A stretch of 22,416 bases of DNA from Sulfurimonadaceae bacterium (GCA_041571435.1 JBFFUI010000037.1:1-22416); one strand, 5' to 3'; numbered from the stretch's first letter, positions 9,823-19,226 are shown. The notes: generated from the letters alone by a model not told the origin. Made by a program: numbers and translations.

Positions 9823-10585
9823 AACACCCTCTATCGTCCCTTCTAAAAAAATCATGAAGCAGTTGGGGAAGACCAACGGTGCCTTTGAACTGATAGAAGA
9901 GGGGGATAGGATACTTGTCGGGCTGAGTGGCGGTAAAGACTCTTTGACGTTGATCCATGCGCTCAAAGAGCAGCAGCGTCGCGCTCCTTTTGACTTTGAG
10001 TTTATTGCGGTGACGGTCGGCTATGGGATGGGCGAGAACTTTGACTATTTGGCCAAGCACTGTAAAGAGTATGGCATCCGCTATGAGATCCATGACACAA
10101 AGATCTATGAGACGGCCCAGGAGAAGATCCGTAAAAACTCCTCATTCTGCTCTTTCTTCTCACGCATGCGACGCGGATCGCTCTACTCGGCAGCAGAGAA
10201 GTTCGGCTGCAACAAAGTTGCCTTGGGACATCACCTCGACGATGCGGTCGAGAGCTTTTTTATGAACCTTATCTATAATGGACAGATGCGGGCGTTGTCA
10301 CCGAAATACAGAGCCGGGAACGGACTGATCGTCATCCGTCCGCTGATCCAGATGCGTGAGCGTCAACTTCGTGCTTTTGCTGAAGATAACGGTCTTGAAG
10401 CGATTGGCGATGAGGCCTGCCCTAGTATGCGTTTTGACGTGAAGATGCCCTATGCCCGAGCTGAGATGAAAGAGATGTTAAAAGGGATGGAAGAGAAATA
10501 CCCCGACATCTTTACCTCGGTCAACGCCGCATTTTCAAATATTTCCGATGAAAGCTTTTTTGATCCGGAACGTTTTTCACTGTAA
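9803..10585 (+). CDS. ttcA: TtcA-family PP-loop protein (tRNA 2-thiocytidine biosynthesis family)
   Basis: SGGKDS PP-loop, ALGHHLDDAVESFFMN and VIRPLI motifs; CxxC motifs degenerate; start uncertain (TTG 9803 or 9812). Confidence 0.8.
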   Translation: MIDLRDKTPSIVPSKKIMKQLGKTNGAFELIEEGDRILVGLSGGKDSLTLIHALKEQQRRAPFDFEFIAVTVGYGMGENFDYLAKHCKEYGIRYEIHDTKIYETAQEKIRKNSSFCSFFSRMRRGSLYSAAEKFGCNKVALGHHLDDAVESFFMNLIYNGQMRALSPKYRAGNGLIVIRPLIQMRERQLRAFAEDNGLEAIGDEACPSMRFDVKMPYARAEMKEMLKGMEEKYPDIFTSVNAAFSNISDESFFDPERFSL

Positions 10586-10600
10586 GATCGTACGCAGGCA

Positions 10601-11806
10601 CTAGATACCGATGAAACTGAGCTGACCTTCGGTGACTTTGAACTCTACGATAGGTGTGAAGTTCGGGTCCGTAAGTTTTGAACGCATCGCCTGCGCATCA
10701 CTGTTTTCAACCTCAAGGGTCACCTTCTTTTGATAATAAGGCACCCCTTTTTCATCATGGTTTTGTGAAATAAGGTCAAAGGTCAGCTCCCTTTTTTCTG
10801 CATTGTAGGCAACATTTCGGATCAACGGCGAGCCATATTTTACAAAGAGTGCCATCTGCAAAGCATCTAATGCACGTTGATTTAGCGATGGCTTTTCCTC
10901 AATGAGTACCAGAGAGATCTCACGGCTCATCTCTTGGTCAAAAAGCGCCGATGCTAGTTCTTGGAGGGAGAGCTTCTCCGGATAGTGCAGTTGCTGCAGG
11001 CACATTGTATATGTCTTTCCATATTTTTTGTACCAGCTGTTCGCACCGCTGCCAAGATTGACGTATTTGGCATAACTTTCATGCTCACTGTCCGTCGTTG
11101 ATGTCCAGTAGATATTAGGGGCCACAATGAGCGGTTTATTACGGTAGAGCTGCAGCAGTTCTGTGTCAGTCGGCAGCATGAAATCGCTGCTGTGATAGCC
11201 GTAGGTGGTGATATCGAGATTACGGCAGTACTCTGTTGCCGCCTGCCAGTTCATCTTTTCTGCTTCGTCCTCCGCGTAATACCAGATACGGTCTCCTGTG
11301 GAGAAAAGATGCTCTTCTTTCAGCCACGATATCGTACCGTTGGCTTTTGAGATAGATATCTTGAGCTGTATGTTCAATGTTATGTCATTGTCGACAGTGA
11401 TCCACTTTTCATAGGTTTTGTAACCGGGTTGTGTAATCTGGATATGATATTGTCCAGGTGAAAGCCACATGCCGTCACTGTATTTTGGCTTTATATTCAA
11501 AATCCTGATGGTTGCAGAAGGTTGCGTATTGATGGTCAGTCTGAAGGTGCTTCGCTGCTCTTCAAGGTTGGAGAGAGGGATCTTGCCTTCTTGGGTTATG
11601 GCGAGATCACCATCTATGGAGAGAACCGATACAGATTGCCCCTGTTTAAAAGGCGGGGCGTCTTTTTTGACATACATTGTCACTGGAAACACTATCTCTT
11701 TGACTTGCTCTATCTCTTTAGGTTGTTTGGTACAACCTGTAAACAAAAGCGAAGTGGAGAGTACCGAGAACATTACAACGGTGATGATATTTACCAAATG
11801 TCTCAA
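10601..11806 (-). CDS. Lipoprotein with PEGA-like and DUF1566/Lcl-like domains
   Basis: TTG 11806 lies 7 nt after AGAGGAG and gives signal MRHLVNIITVVMFSVLSTSLLFTG-C. PEGA-like LTINTQP...PGQYHIQITQPGY; DUF1566-like MNWQAATEYCRNL...LPT.TEL...YWTST...MCL. Confidence 0.7.
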   Translation of the reverse strand: MRHLVNIITVVMFSVLSTSLLFTGCTKQPKEIEQVKEIVFPVTMYVKKDAPPFKQGQSVSVLSIDGDLAITQEGKIPLSNLEEQRSTFRLTINTQPSATIRILNIKPKYSDGMWLSPGQYHIQITQPGYKTYEKWITVDNDITLNIQLKISISKANGTISWLKEEHLFSTGDRIWYYAEDEAEKMNWQAATEYCRNLDITTYGYHSSDFMLPTDTELLQLYRNKPLIVAPNIYWTSTTDSEHESYAKYVNLGSGANSWYKKYGKTYTMCLQQLHYPEKLSLQELASALFDQEMSREISLVLIEEKPSLNQRALDALQMALFVKYGSPLIRNVAYNAEKRELTFDLISQNHDEKGVPYYQKKVTLEVENSDAQAMRSKLTDPNFTPIVEFKVTEGQLSFIGI

Positions 11807-12025
11807 ACTGATACTCCTCTTTTTGAACGTGAACCTTTTACGGATATTCATGACATATTGTAAATCAGTGCACCTCTTAAACCCCTGAATATAACCTAAA
11901 ACAGTCATTTGTGAACACTATATAAAGTCAAAAATGGTAGGATATAAAAAATAAAAAGGTTACTGGAGACTTTGCGTTCTGGTACTTTTGTGTTTTAGAT
12001 ACCGCTTATCTAGAAAAAGGGAACC

Positions 12026-14062
12026 GTGCAAACCAATATGTACAAAAAACTATTTCACTATTATAATAATCTTTCCATCGCCAAAAAACTGCGTTTCATG
12101 GGTGTTTCAACGGTGGCGTTGGTCGGGTCCATCTCCATCTTTTTTATACTTATCTATCAATATAACAATGAAAAATTGCTGCTTGAAAATCATGTTAACA
12201 CGCTGACTATGGTCGTTGCCGACAATATCGCACCGGCCGTTTTGTTTGATGACACGGAGCAGATCCGCAAGATCCTCTTTTCACTTCGACATAAAGACGA
12301 GGTCCATCACGCTTATGTATTGGGAAAAGAGTCCAATGTCCTTGGCAGTTATCATATTGCCGGAGAACAGAAAATCGACAAAGAGATGTTAGAGCATCTT
12401 AGGCGAGATGGACGTCAGCAGTGGCGAGGAATGCAGCTATATACCCTTGTTCCTATTGTGGCTGATGAGATGCAGGTAGGATCGATTGTCATTGTTGCCT
12501 CGATCTATGCCTTTATTTATCAGATGCTTTTTGAGATTCTTGTCTTGGCCCTTATTGTCATTGCCTCTATTCTTGTGACCTACAAATACCGGGCACTTCT
12601 ACGAGACTCTATCCTGCATCCTATTGCTCAGCTAAACACGTTGACCAGCAAGATCATTGAGACAAAAAACCTTAATAACAAGATCCCGGTCTACAGTCAA
12701 GATGAAATAGGTGAGTTGGCAAAGAACTTCAACAGTATGTTGGACGATCTCGATAAGACGCATACCGAGTTGAACCGTCAGAAAGATTCTCTGGCCTACA
12801 AAGCGCATCATGATGCACTAACGGGCCTGCCGAACAGAGCCCTCTTCAATGACCGTCTGGAACAGGCGATTAGCAAGGCTAAACGCCATCATGAAGAGAT
12901 CGCGCTCTTTTTTATCGACCTTGATCATTTCAAAGAGATCAATGATACCCTGGGGCATGAGGTCGGTGATGAAGTTCTGAAGTTTTTTGCGAAACGGCTT
13001 AATGCCAGCGTCAGGACAGAAGATACGATCGCACGTTTAGGCGGCGATGAGTTCATGGTGATCATGGAGAACCTTCATACCCAGGAAGCGATCTCCGTCG
13101 TCGCAAATAAGATCGTCTCTATTGTCAAAGAGCCTATTATCCTGGGCGAACAGACACTGTATCTTGGAACAAGTATCGGTATCAGTGTCTATCCTCAAAA
13201 CGGCGAGACGTCCGAACAACTCATTAAAAGTGCCGATACTGCGATGTACAAGGCTAAAGAGGAAGGTCGTGACAATTATCAGTTCTATACGCCGCAGATG
13301 AAAGAGCTTGCACTCAAACGTATGGCAGACGAGACGGCCTTGCGCAGCGCTGTTGAAAACGAGGAACTTACACTCTCTTATCAGCCGCAGGTCGATGTCG
13401 ATCACGATATTGTCTCCGGTTATGCAGTCGATGTTAAATGGCAGCATCCTGATAACGGGCTTATCGACTTCAGTGATTTTAAACAGCTGGCAAGGGACAT
13501 GGGCGTCTTTATCAAGATAGAGCAGTGGATGTTGAAAGCAGCTATTGCGCAGACAGGGTTATGGAGAGCGAAAGGGATGGAAAATAGACGGATCATCCTC
13601 AACCTCTCTATGAAGACGGTCCTGGACAAAGCGTTTACGGCTACACTGAAGAACTTGATAGAGAGCCACGGTGTTCATGCGCAGGAGATTGAGATCACGG
13701 TATCTGAAAGTGAACTCATCAATGAGCAAAAACGTTCCCTCAAAGCACTACAGACATTGGCGGAGATGGACTTTAGACTGACGATTAGTGATTTTGGAGT
13801 CTCAGATACATCACTGCTCTACCTTAGCCGCTTGCCGGTGCACAATGTCAAGATCGCACGTGCGTTGATCACAGATATGGCAGACAATAGTGTGGCAATC
13901 ACGGCAGTAAGTGCTTTAATCAGCAGTATGGGATTGCAGCTCCATGCTGACGGTGTTGAAAGTGATCAGGAGAAAGAACGTTTGAAAGAACAGGGCTATG
14001 TGATGATGCAAGGTCCGTTCTTTGGTACGGCGGTTTCTGCTGATGAGATCAATGTAAAATAG
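12026..14062 (+). CDS. Membrane-bound diguanylate cyclase: TM-periplasmic sensor (CHASE8-like)-TM-HAMP-GGDEF-degenerate EAL
   Basis: Two TMs, HAMP (DEIGELAKNFN), HDALTGLPNR, DLDHFK and intact GGDEF (13040-13054); EAL signature residues replaced. Start GTG 12026 or ATG 12038. Confidence 0.92.
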   Translation: MQTNMYKKLFHYYNNLSIAKKLRFMGVSTVALVGSISIFFILIYQYNNEKLLLENHVNTLTMVVADNIAPAVLFDDTEQIRKILFSLRHKDEVHHAYVLGKESNVLGSYHIAGEQKIDKEMLEHLRRDGRQQWRGMQLYTLVPIVADEMQVGSIVIVASIYAFIYQMLFEILVLALIVIASILVTYKYRALLRDSILHPIAQLNTLTSKIIETKNLNNKIPVYSQDEIGELAKNFNSMLDDLDKTHTELNRQKDSLAYKAHHDALTGLPNRALFNDRLEQAISKAKRHHEEIALFFIDLDHFKEINDTLGHEVGDEVLKFFAKRLNASVRTEDTIARLGGDEFMVIMENLHTQEAISVVANKIVSIVKEPIILGEQTLYLGTSIGISVYPQNGETSEQLIKSADTAMYKAKEEGRDNYQFYTPQMKELALKRMADETALRSAVENEELTLSYQPQVDVDHDIVSGYAVDVKWQHPDNGLIDFSDFKQLARDMGVFIKIEQWMLKAAIAQTGLWRAKGMENRRIILNLSMKTVLDKAFTATLKNLIESHGVHAQEIEITVSESELINEQKRSLKALQTLAEMDFRLTISDFGVSDTSLLYLSRLPVHNVKIARALITDMADNSVAITAVSALISSMGLQLHADGVESDQEKERLKEQGYVMMQGPFFGTAVSADEINVK

Positions 14063-14143
14063 GCAGTTTGAAAATACTCTTCAGTATCAACTTAAATACC
14101 CGAGTTGCTTTTTATCTCTAAAGATTGTGTCTGCCAGTTTAGG

Positions 14144-14149
14144 TATAAT
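14144..14149 (+). promoter_or_regulatory. -10 box for the rhodanese gene
   Basis: Perfect TATAAT about 30 nt upstream of ATG 14179; AAGG RBS. Confidence 0.55.
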
Positions 14150-14178
14150 TATATTGAATTTTATTTATAAGGTACATA

Positions 14179-14526
14179 ATGAGTATTAATGTGACTCCCG
14201 ACAAAGAACTATTGGAAAATTCAGAGATGATCATCGTAGACATCCGCACAGAAGGTGAATGGATGGAGACCGGTATTGTCCCGGGTAGTAAGACTATCAC
14301 TTTTTTTGATGAGCGCGGCGGCTATGACGCAGAGGGCTTTTTAAAGCAGATGGATGAGCTCGGTGGTAAAGATGTCGAGATAGGTTTGATCTGCCGTACA
14401 GGCTCCCGTACGGCACAGGTAGCCGGTTTTATGAAACAGCAGGGTTATAATGTAAAAAACCTTGTCGGCGGGGTTATGAAGTTGGCTAGAGAGGGGTACC
14501 AGCTCGTCCCATACCAGCGGTCATAG
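14179..14526 (+). CDS. Single-domain rhodanese-like sulfurtransferase
   Basis: IVDIRT.GEW, active-site loop ICRTGSR and NLVGG. Confidence 0.92.
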   Translation: MSINVTPDKELLENSEMIIVDIRTEGEWMETGIVPGSKTITFFDERGGYDAEGFLKQMDELGGKDVEIGLICRTGSRTAQVAGFMKQQGYNVKNLVGGVMKLAREGYQLVPYQRS

Positions 14527-14535
14527 AGGTCGTTT

Positions 14536-14685
14536 CTACTCTGTAGAGTGCGTTTCAATATGACCTTGTTCATATTGTTCCAGCGGTGGCATCTGTGTTT
14601 CATCTTCCATTTCGACAGGTTCGGTTCTGTTTTCGCAACCGCTTAAAAGCAGAAGTAGAAACAGACTACTTACGACGTTTTTCAT
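14536..14685 (-). CDS. Small acidic lipoprotein, 49 aa (not in ORF track)
   Basis: Manual translation MKNVVSSLFLLLLLSG-CENRTEPVEMEDETQMPPLEQYEQGHIETHSTE*. Canonical LSGC lipobox; fills the gap and overlaps the end of the upstream gene. Confidence 0.75.
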   Translation of the reverse strand: MKNVVSSLFLLLLLSGCENRTEPVEMEDETQMPPLEQYEQGHIETHSTE

Positions 14686-15106
14686 AATCATCTTTTAACC
14701 TTTGGTAAAGAGCGATGATCCGCTCTTGATATATTCTGCTCTCTTCATCTTCACAACACGTCATGATCTTTTCATACTCTTCTATGGTGATCTTGTCTGC
14801 ATAACGGGGATAATCTTTCAGATCCATCATAAGATGCTCGATCAGTTCGTCAATCGCCAGTCCGTTGTCTTCGACGATCTTTTCAAGGTACTCCTCTACG
14901 GTGAGGCGGAGTGTGTTAGCCCTGTTTTCATCGTTATAGATAGCCAATCCGGCCTTTTCGACAATGTCAAGTTCGCACTCTCCAAATTGTTCATTGGCTG
15001 CGATCAATGCGGCATAAAGTTTGGCTCTGAACTCAAGCGAGTTATGGTGATATAACAGAAGTTCGCGAAAGGCACGAAAAAGATAGTGTTTGAGGTTGAA
15101 TGCCAT
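14666..15106 (-). CDS. Conserved hypothetical helical protein, possibly TerB-like fold
   Basis: Preferred start MAFNLK at 15106; FRELLLYHHNSLEFRAK motif; acidic and helical. The fold is inference only. Confidence 0.65.
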   Translation of the reverse strand: MAFNLKHYLFRAFRELLLYHHNSLEFRAKLYAALIAANEQFGECELDIVEKAGLAIYNDENRANTLRLTVEEYLEKIVEDNGLAIDELIEHLMMDLKDYPRYADKITIEEYEKIMTCCEDEESRIYQERIIALYQRLKDDYEKRRK

Positions 15107-15157
15107 TGTCTGCCTATTACAATAATATCTGTTATTATACTGCAAAGGAAATTAGCA

Positions 15158-16054
15158 TTGAAACAAATATCATTTTTTATCGGCATATTACTACTTATAG
15201 CAGGCTGCAGTTCAAAAGAGAGAACCGTTATAACACATAAGGTGCCGACAACATGCGACTATTATTCACTGCAATCTGCCCAGTGTCTGGACAAGAAGGG
15301 CTTTATTGATCGTGTCGAACCCTATGCGGTCATTTTTGTGGGCGATCATCACCACAGTGCCAATGCGCATAAGGTGATGACAGAGTTGGTCAACGGGCTC
15401 TCCGGGCGCGGATACCGAATCGCCTTGGCAAACGAGTGGTTCACGCCGAAGGACAACACTCTTTTACAGCAGTATGTAGACGGAGAACTCGACAGCAACG
15501 GCTCAAAAGCACTCAACTGGAAAAAGAAAGTCGGCTACGACTTCAACCTCTCGGAACCCATCTACAGCGCGGTCATAGCCAATGGCGGAAAGCTGTACGG
15601 TATCAATATGGAGAAGTCGTTTAAACAGATGGTATCTGAGCAAAATACAACGGCGATGAGTGACGATCAGAGAGCGTTTTACGACAGTCTTGACCTCAAT
15701 GTCACGGCGCATCAACAGCTTCTGGCACCTTTTTTTAACCACTGCCATAAAATAAAGAATGGTGAATCTGTGCAGGAGTGCAGCGAACGGATGTACCGAG
15801 TTCAGGTTGCATGGGACAGCATGATGGGCAGAGAGAGCGCAAAGCTCGCAGAGAAGCTCAAAGAGAACGAAAAACTGATCGTATTTGTGGGTGCAATGCA
15901 TCTGGAAAGTGCGCTTGGTGCCAACTTGCGTTTTTCAAGGTTCTCCAATGAACCCTTTGTCACGATACAGCCGGTCAATAAAGATGTGAAGCTGCAAAAA
16001 GAGCTCACGGTTGATGTCGGCAGCAGTGACCTGATCTACCTCTACAGCGATTAG
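15158..16054 (+). CDS. ChaN-family (haem-uptake-associated, EreA/ChaN/TIKI superfamily) lipoprotein
   Basis: TTG 15158 after AAAGGA; lipobox IAGC; VIFVGDHH, LANEWF, QVAWDSMM and VFVGAMHL motifs. Confidence 0.85.
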   Translation: MKQISFFIGILLLIAGCSSKERTVITHKVPTTCDYYSLQSAQCLDKKGFIDRVEPYAVIFVGDHHHSANAHKVMTELVNGLSGRGYRIALANEWFTPKDNTLLQQYVDGELDSNGSKALNWKKKVGYDFNLSEPIYSAVIANGGKLYGINMEKSFKQMVSEQNTTAMSDDQRAFYDSLDLNVTAHQQLLAPFFNHCHKIKNGESVQECSERMYRVQVAWDSMMGRESAKLAEKLKENEKLIVFVGAMHLESALGANLRFSRFSNEPFVTIQPVNKDVKLQKELTVDVGSSDLIYLYSD

Positions 16055-17361
16055 TGGGACACCTTTTCGAGTTCCATATCATTTTTAAAAGCCTCTTTAT
16101 AATAGGCGATAACTGCGATCAGACCGGCAGCATAGACAAAGATAGAGAGTAAAATGACACCCATGACCACCTGGGTGAACATCTCCTTGTAGACAAAGCT
16201 GTCAGGCAGCTGATGCACCATGATGATAGAGAGTCCCCCTTTTATCCCGGAGAACGTCAAGATAGCCCACCACCTGTAGTTGACATTGGTCATTCGCCCG
16301 CTTGTCCGTGTAATTAGCGAGAACTTTAACATCATTATAGCCCTGATAATCGTGGTGACCAAAAAGAGCAGGATGATCTCATAGGCGTAGCTGAAAAGCT
16401 TGTCGATCTCTATCAATTCGGCCAGGCTCACAAAGAGCAGGGCGTTGGCAAAGAGGGCAAAAAAAGCGATGGATTGTTTGTTGGCATCGATGCGTGCCTG
16501 CGTCGTGATCAGACGTTCACGAGAGCTGAGTCTCTCTCGCTTTTCATCCGTGATGAGCTCCTCATCCTCGCTGAACTGTTTCATGCTTTTGTTGATGAAG
16601 TATTTAAGGGTCATGATAGCGGTAATAAGCGCCAAGATACCGGAGACATGGATAGCGTGAAGTTCGGCGATCACAAAGGCCGTATAGCCTGTGAGCAGGA
16701 TGATAATGAACTCATCGACAACGGTGTGGAGCAGCCCCAGGACAATTTTCGCGACATAGCCCACAACGACGCCGACAGCAAGGGAGCCGAGAAGTACTTT
16801 AACCAGTATAAATGAAACGTCGCTTGCCGTGATCTCGGCGCCGCTCATAAGCGGAAGGCCGATAAACAAAAAGGCGATCATGGCCGTGGCATCATTGAAA
16901 AGCGATTCCCCCTCCGTCAAAACTTTAAGCGAGTGGGGCAGTTCAAACTGCGAGAAGATGGAGCTGACACTGACGGCATCCGTTGCGAGTACCATCGCAA
17001 AAAGAGAGATCAGCATGCCGATGGTGAAGGTGTATTCGCTCGGTGATGCGAAGTTAAGCACAATACCGGCAATGATAGAGAGAACAACAGCGACAAAGGA
17101 GAGATAGAAGATAGCCAGGCCATGTTTTTTCAGGTCGGTGAGTTTGAAGTTCATCGCATCCGGTAACAGTATCAGTGGCAGAAGCAACAACAGGATCTCA
17201 TCAAAGTTTTCATTGGCCGAAAGATTGATCATCTCCGGAAAAAAGGAGTAGACGATGAGGGTGAGTGACATAATACCGATAGGCAACGGGAGGGAGAGTT
17301 GGCGCTGTAAAATTCGAGAGAGCAGCAAAACGGTTAAAATGGATATGAGAACAATACTCAT
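16051..17361 (-). CDS. CPA1-family Na+(K+)/H+ antiporter (NhaP-like)
   Basis: About 12 TMs; ATDAVSV and EGESLFNDA motifs; AAAGGA RBS. Confidence 0.92.
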   Translation of the reverse strand: MSIVLISILTVLLLSRILQRQLSLPLPIGIMSLTLIVYSFFPEMINLSANENFDEILLLLLPLILLPDAMNFKLTDLKKHGLAIFYLSFVAVVLSIIAGIVLNFASPSEYTFTIGMLISLFAMVLATDAVSVSSIFSQFELPHSLKVLTEGESLFNDATAMIAFLFIGLPLMSGAEITASDVSFILVKVLLGSLAVGVVVGYVAKIVLGLLHTVVDEFIIILLTGYTAFVIAELHAIHVSGILALITAIMTLKYFINKSMKQFSEDEELITDEKRERLSSRERLITTQARIDANKQSIAFFALFANALLFVSLAELIEIDKLFSYAYEIILLFLVTTIIRAIMMLKFSLITRTSGRMTNVNYRWWAILTFSGIKGGLSIIMVHQLPDSFVYKEMFTQVVMGVILLSIFVYAAGLIAVIAYYKEAFKNDMELEKVSH

Positions 17362-17395
17362 TGATTTCCTTTGTTTAGGCGGTTAGAAGGGGTGA

Positions 17396-18352
17396 TTATA
17401 CACTACTTTTTTCCAGCAGTGCAAACGCTTTATGGTCGGCACCGCTCAAAGCCAACTCTTTGATCTGCTCTCTGGTGTACCACTCAACATCCTCCTCGAC
17501 TGTTGCGAGAGAGTGATAGACTTTGGCATGCAGGTGAAAATGGGAGTATTGGTGCCTTATCTCGCCTATAGTTGCCATCGGCTGTGCTTCATCATGCTCC
17601 AAAAATCCCCAAAGACCGTGTAAAAAGCGTGTCTCTCTCTGACGCAGGGCATAGCGGTTCCTGTGCTCATGTATCACGATGTGTTTATGACGTACAGGGA
17701 CCTGTTTTTTCACCTTTTTTTCCGGGTAGAGGAGCGGATCATCACGTCTGGCTCTGCAGACGCTGTTAAACGGACAGATCTCGCAATCTGCCCGTTTTGC
17801 CAGACAGACCAGCGAACCGACATCCATCATCGCCTGGTTGTACGCAAAGGGGTGTTCTTCATCAAAGAGGCGGTACGCAAGCTCCCATAAGGCTTTGTCG
17901 TTCGCTTTTTTGACACCGAAGACCCTGTAAAGAATTCGCTTGACGTTGGCATCCATGATGGGCACGGGGGTGTGGTAGGCGAAAGCAGCCACGGCGTGGG
18001 CGGTACTTTGACCGATTCCGGGAAGGGCGACCAGCTCGGTGACACTTTGCGGCAGTGCGTTTCGGCAGAGCTGCGCCGTCTTGTGAAGATTTCGGGCTCG
18101 GGTGTAGTAGCCGAGCCCTTCCCACTGTTTCAGGACATCGTCTTCATGGGCTTCTGCCAGTGCTTGAAGGGTGGGGAACCGCTCCAGAAACGGAAAGTAG
18201 AAGCGTTCGAGCACGGTCTTGACCTGTGTCTGTTGGAGCATGATCTCACTGACCCAGATCGCATAGGCATCACTGCTTTGACGCCATGGAAGATCATGGC
18301 GGCCGTTTTGTTCGTACCATGCAAAGAGTCGTTGGTGCGCCTCTTTAAACAT
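17396..18352 (-). CDS. mutY: A/G-specific adenine glycosylase MutY
   Basis: WVSEIMLQQTQV, GLGYY.RARNL, HhH LPGIG, catalytic D in MDANVKR, Fe-S motif C-x6-C-x2-C-x5-C and C-terminal HQYSHF. Confidence 0.95.
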   Translation of the reverse strand: MFKEAHQRLFAWYEQNGRHDLPWRQSSDAYAIWVSEIMLQQTQVKTVLERFYFPFLERFPTLQALAEAHEDDVLKQWEGLGYYTRARNLHKTAQLCRNALPQSVTELVALPGIGQSTAHAVAAFAYHTPVPIMDANVKRILYRVFGVKKANDKALWELAYRLFDEEHPFAYNQAMMDVGSLVCLAKRADCEICPFNSVCRARRDDPLLYPEKKVKKQVPVRHKHIVIHEHRNRYALRQRETRFLHGLWGFLEHDEAQPMATIGEIRHQYSHFHLHAKVYHSLATVEEDVEWYTREQIKELALSGADHKAFALLEKSSV

Positions 18353-19226
18353 CAGCTTTTTTCTCGGGTTTGGTGATAAGGTAACCGCCGATCAGGATCG
18401 GGATAATGCCGAATACCTGACGCACTTCGGGAACCTCATTGAGCACAAAATAGGCGAAGATCAGGGTAAAAAGCGGTGCGATTGCCAGCATCGCACTCAT
18501 CTTGGTGATCGAGATGCGGTGGAGCGCTTCGATCCATAAGACCTTTGCGACGACAAAGACCAAAAGAGCGATCACCATGAGATACGGGAGTGCCTTGAGC
18601 AGGTTCTCAACGCTCGGCATCGGTTCAGCAATGTAGGCGAGCGCAAAGATCAGAGGGAGTCCAATGATATTTCTGAAGGCCAGGATACTTTCAGAGCTGA
18701 CATAGCTGCGGGCCCGCTTCTGATAGAGGTTGGCCAGGGGTGCGATCGCTGCTGCGAGCAGCACAATAAGATCGCCTTTGTTGAGACTGAGATCATCGGG
18801 GATAAGAATAGTAAAGGCTCCGATGCTCATCATCACCGCACCGAACGTATGTGTCGGGCTGAGTCTGTCACGGCCAAAGAGATTAAAATAGAGATAGGCG
18901 AAAAGCAGCTGAAGAAAGATGATGACCGCCAGGTTGCCTGCTGTCGTGTAACGCAGACCTATAAATAGAAGAACGAAAAGAAGGTTGATATAGAAGGTGG
19001 TCCACAGCAGGTCTTTAAGCGCATCTCTTTGAAAAAGCTCAGCGGTTTTTTTCTGGTAGATGACCAGTCCTACAAAGACGACAGTCGCGATAAGGACGGT
19101 GAATGCGTAACTGTAGATCGCCCCGATCAGGGCAATACTGAAAAGTGACAAAATAGGAAACCAGCTCTCCAAGACCGAGAGCAGTAACATATAGATCTCG
19201 CCTTTTCGCTCTTCTCGCATCGTCAT
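18345..19226 (-). CDS. DMT/EamA family transporter
   Basis: About 293 aa with roughly 10 TMs in two halves (GLRYTTAGNLAVI; PLFTLIFAYFVLNE); overlaps the mutY start by 8 nt. Confidence 0.9.
   Translation of the reverse strand: MTMREERKGEIYMLLLSVLESWFPILSLFSIALIGAIYSYAFTVLIATVVFVGLVIYQKKTAELFQRDALKDLLWTTFYINLLFVLLFIGLRYTTAGNLAVIIFLQLLFAYLYFNLFGRDRLSPTHTFGAVMMSIGAFTILIPDDLSLNKGDLIVLLAAAIAPLANLYQKRARSYVSSESILAFRNIIGLPLIFALAYIAEPMPSVENLLKALPYLMVIALLVFVVAKVLWIEALHRISITKMSAMLAIAPLFTLIFAYFVLNEVPEVRQVFGIIPILIGGYLITKPEKKADV

Noticed and set aside
9292-9966. 224-aa antisense ORF over mtnN/ttcA and similar overlapping ORFs elsewhere
   Set aside because: Antisense shadows of well-supported genes with no recognisable motifs.
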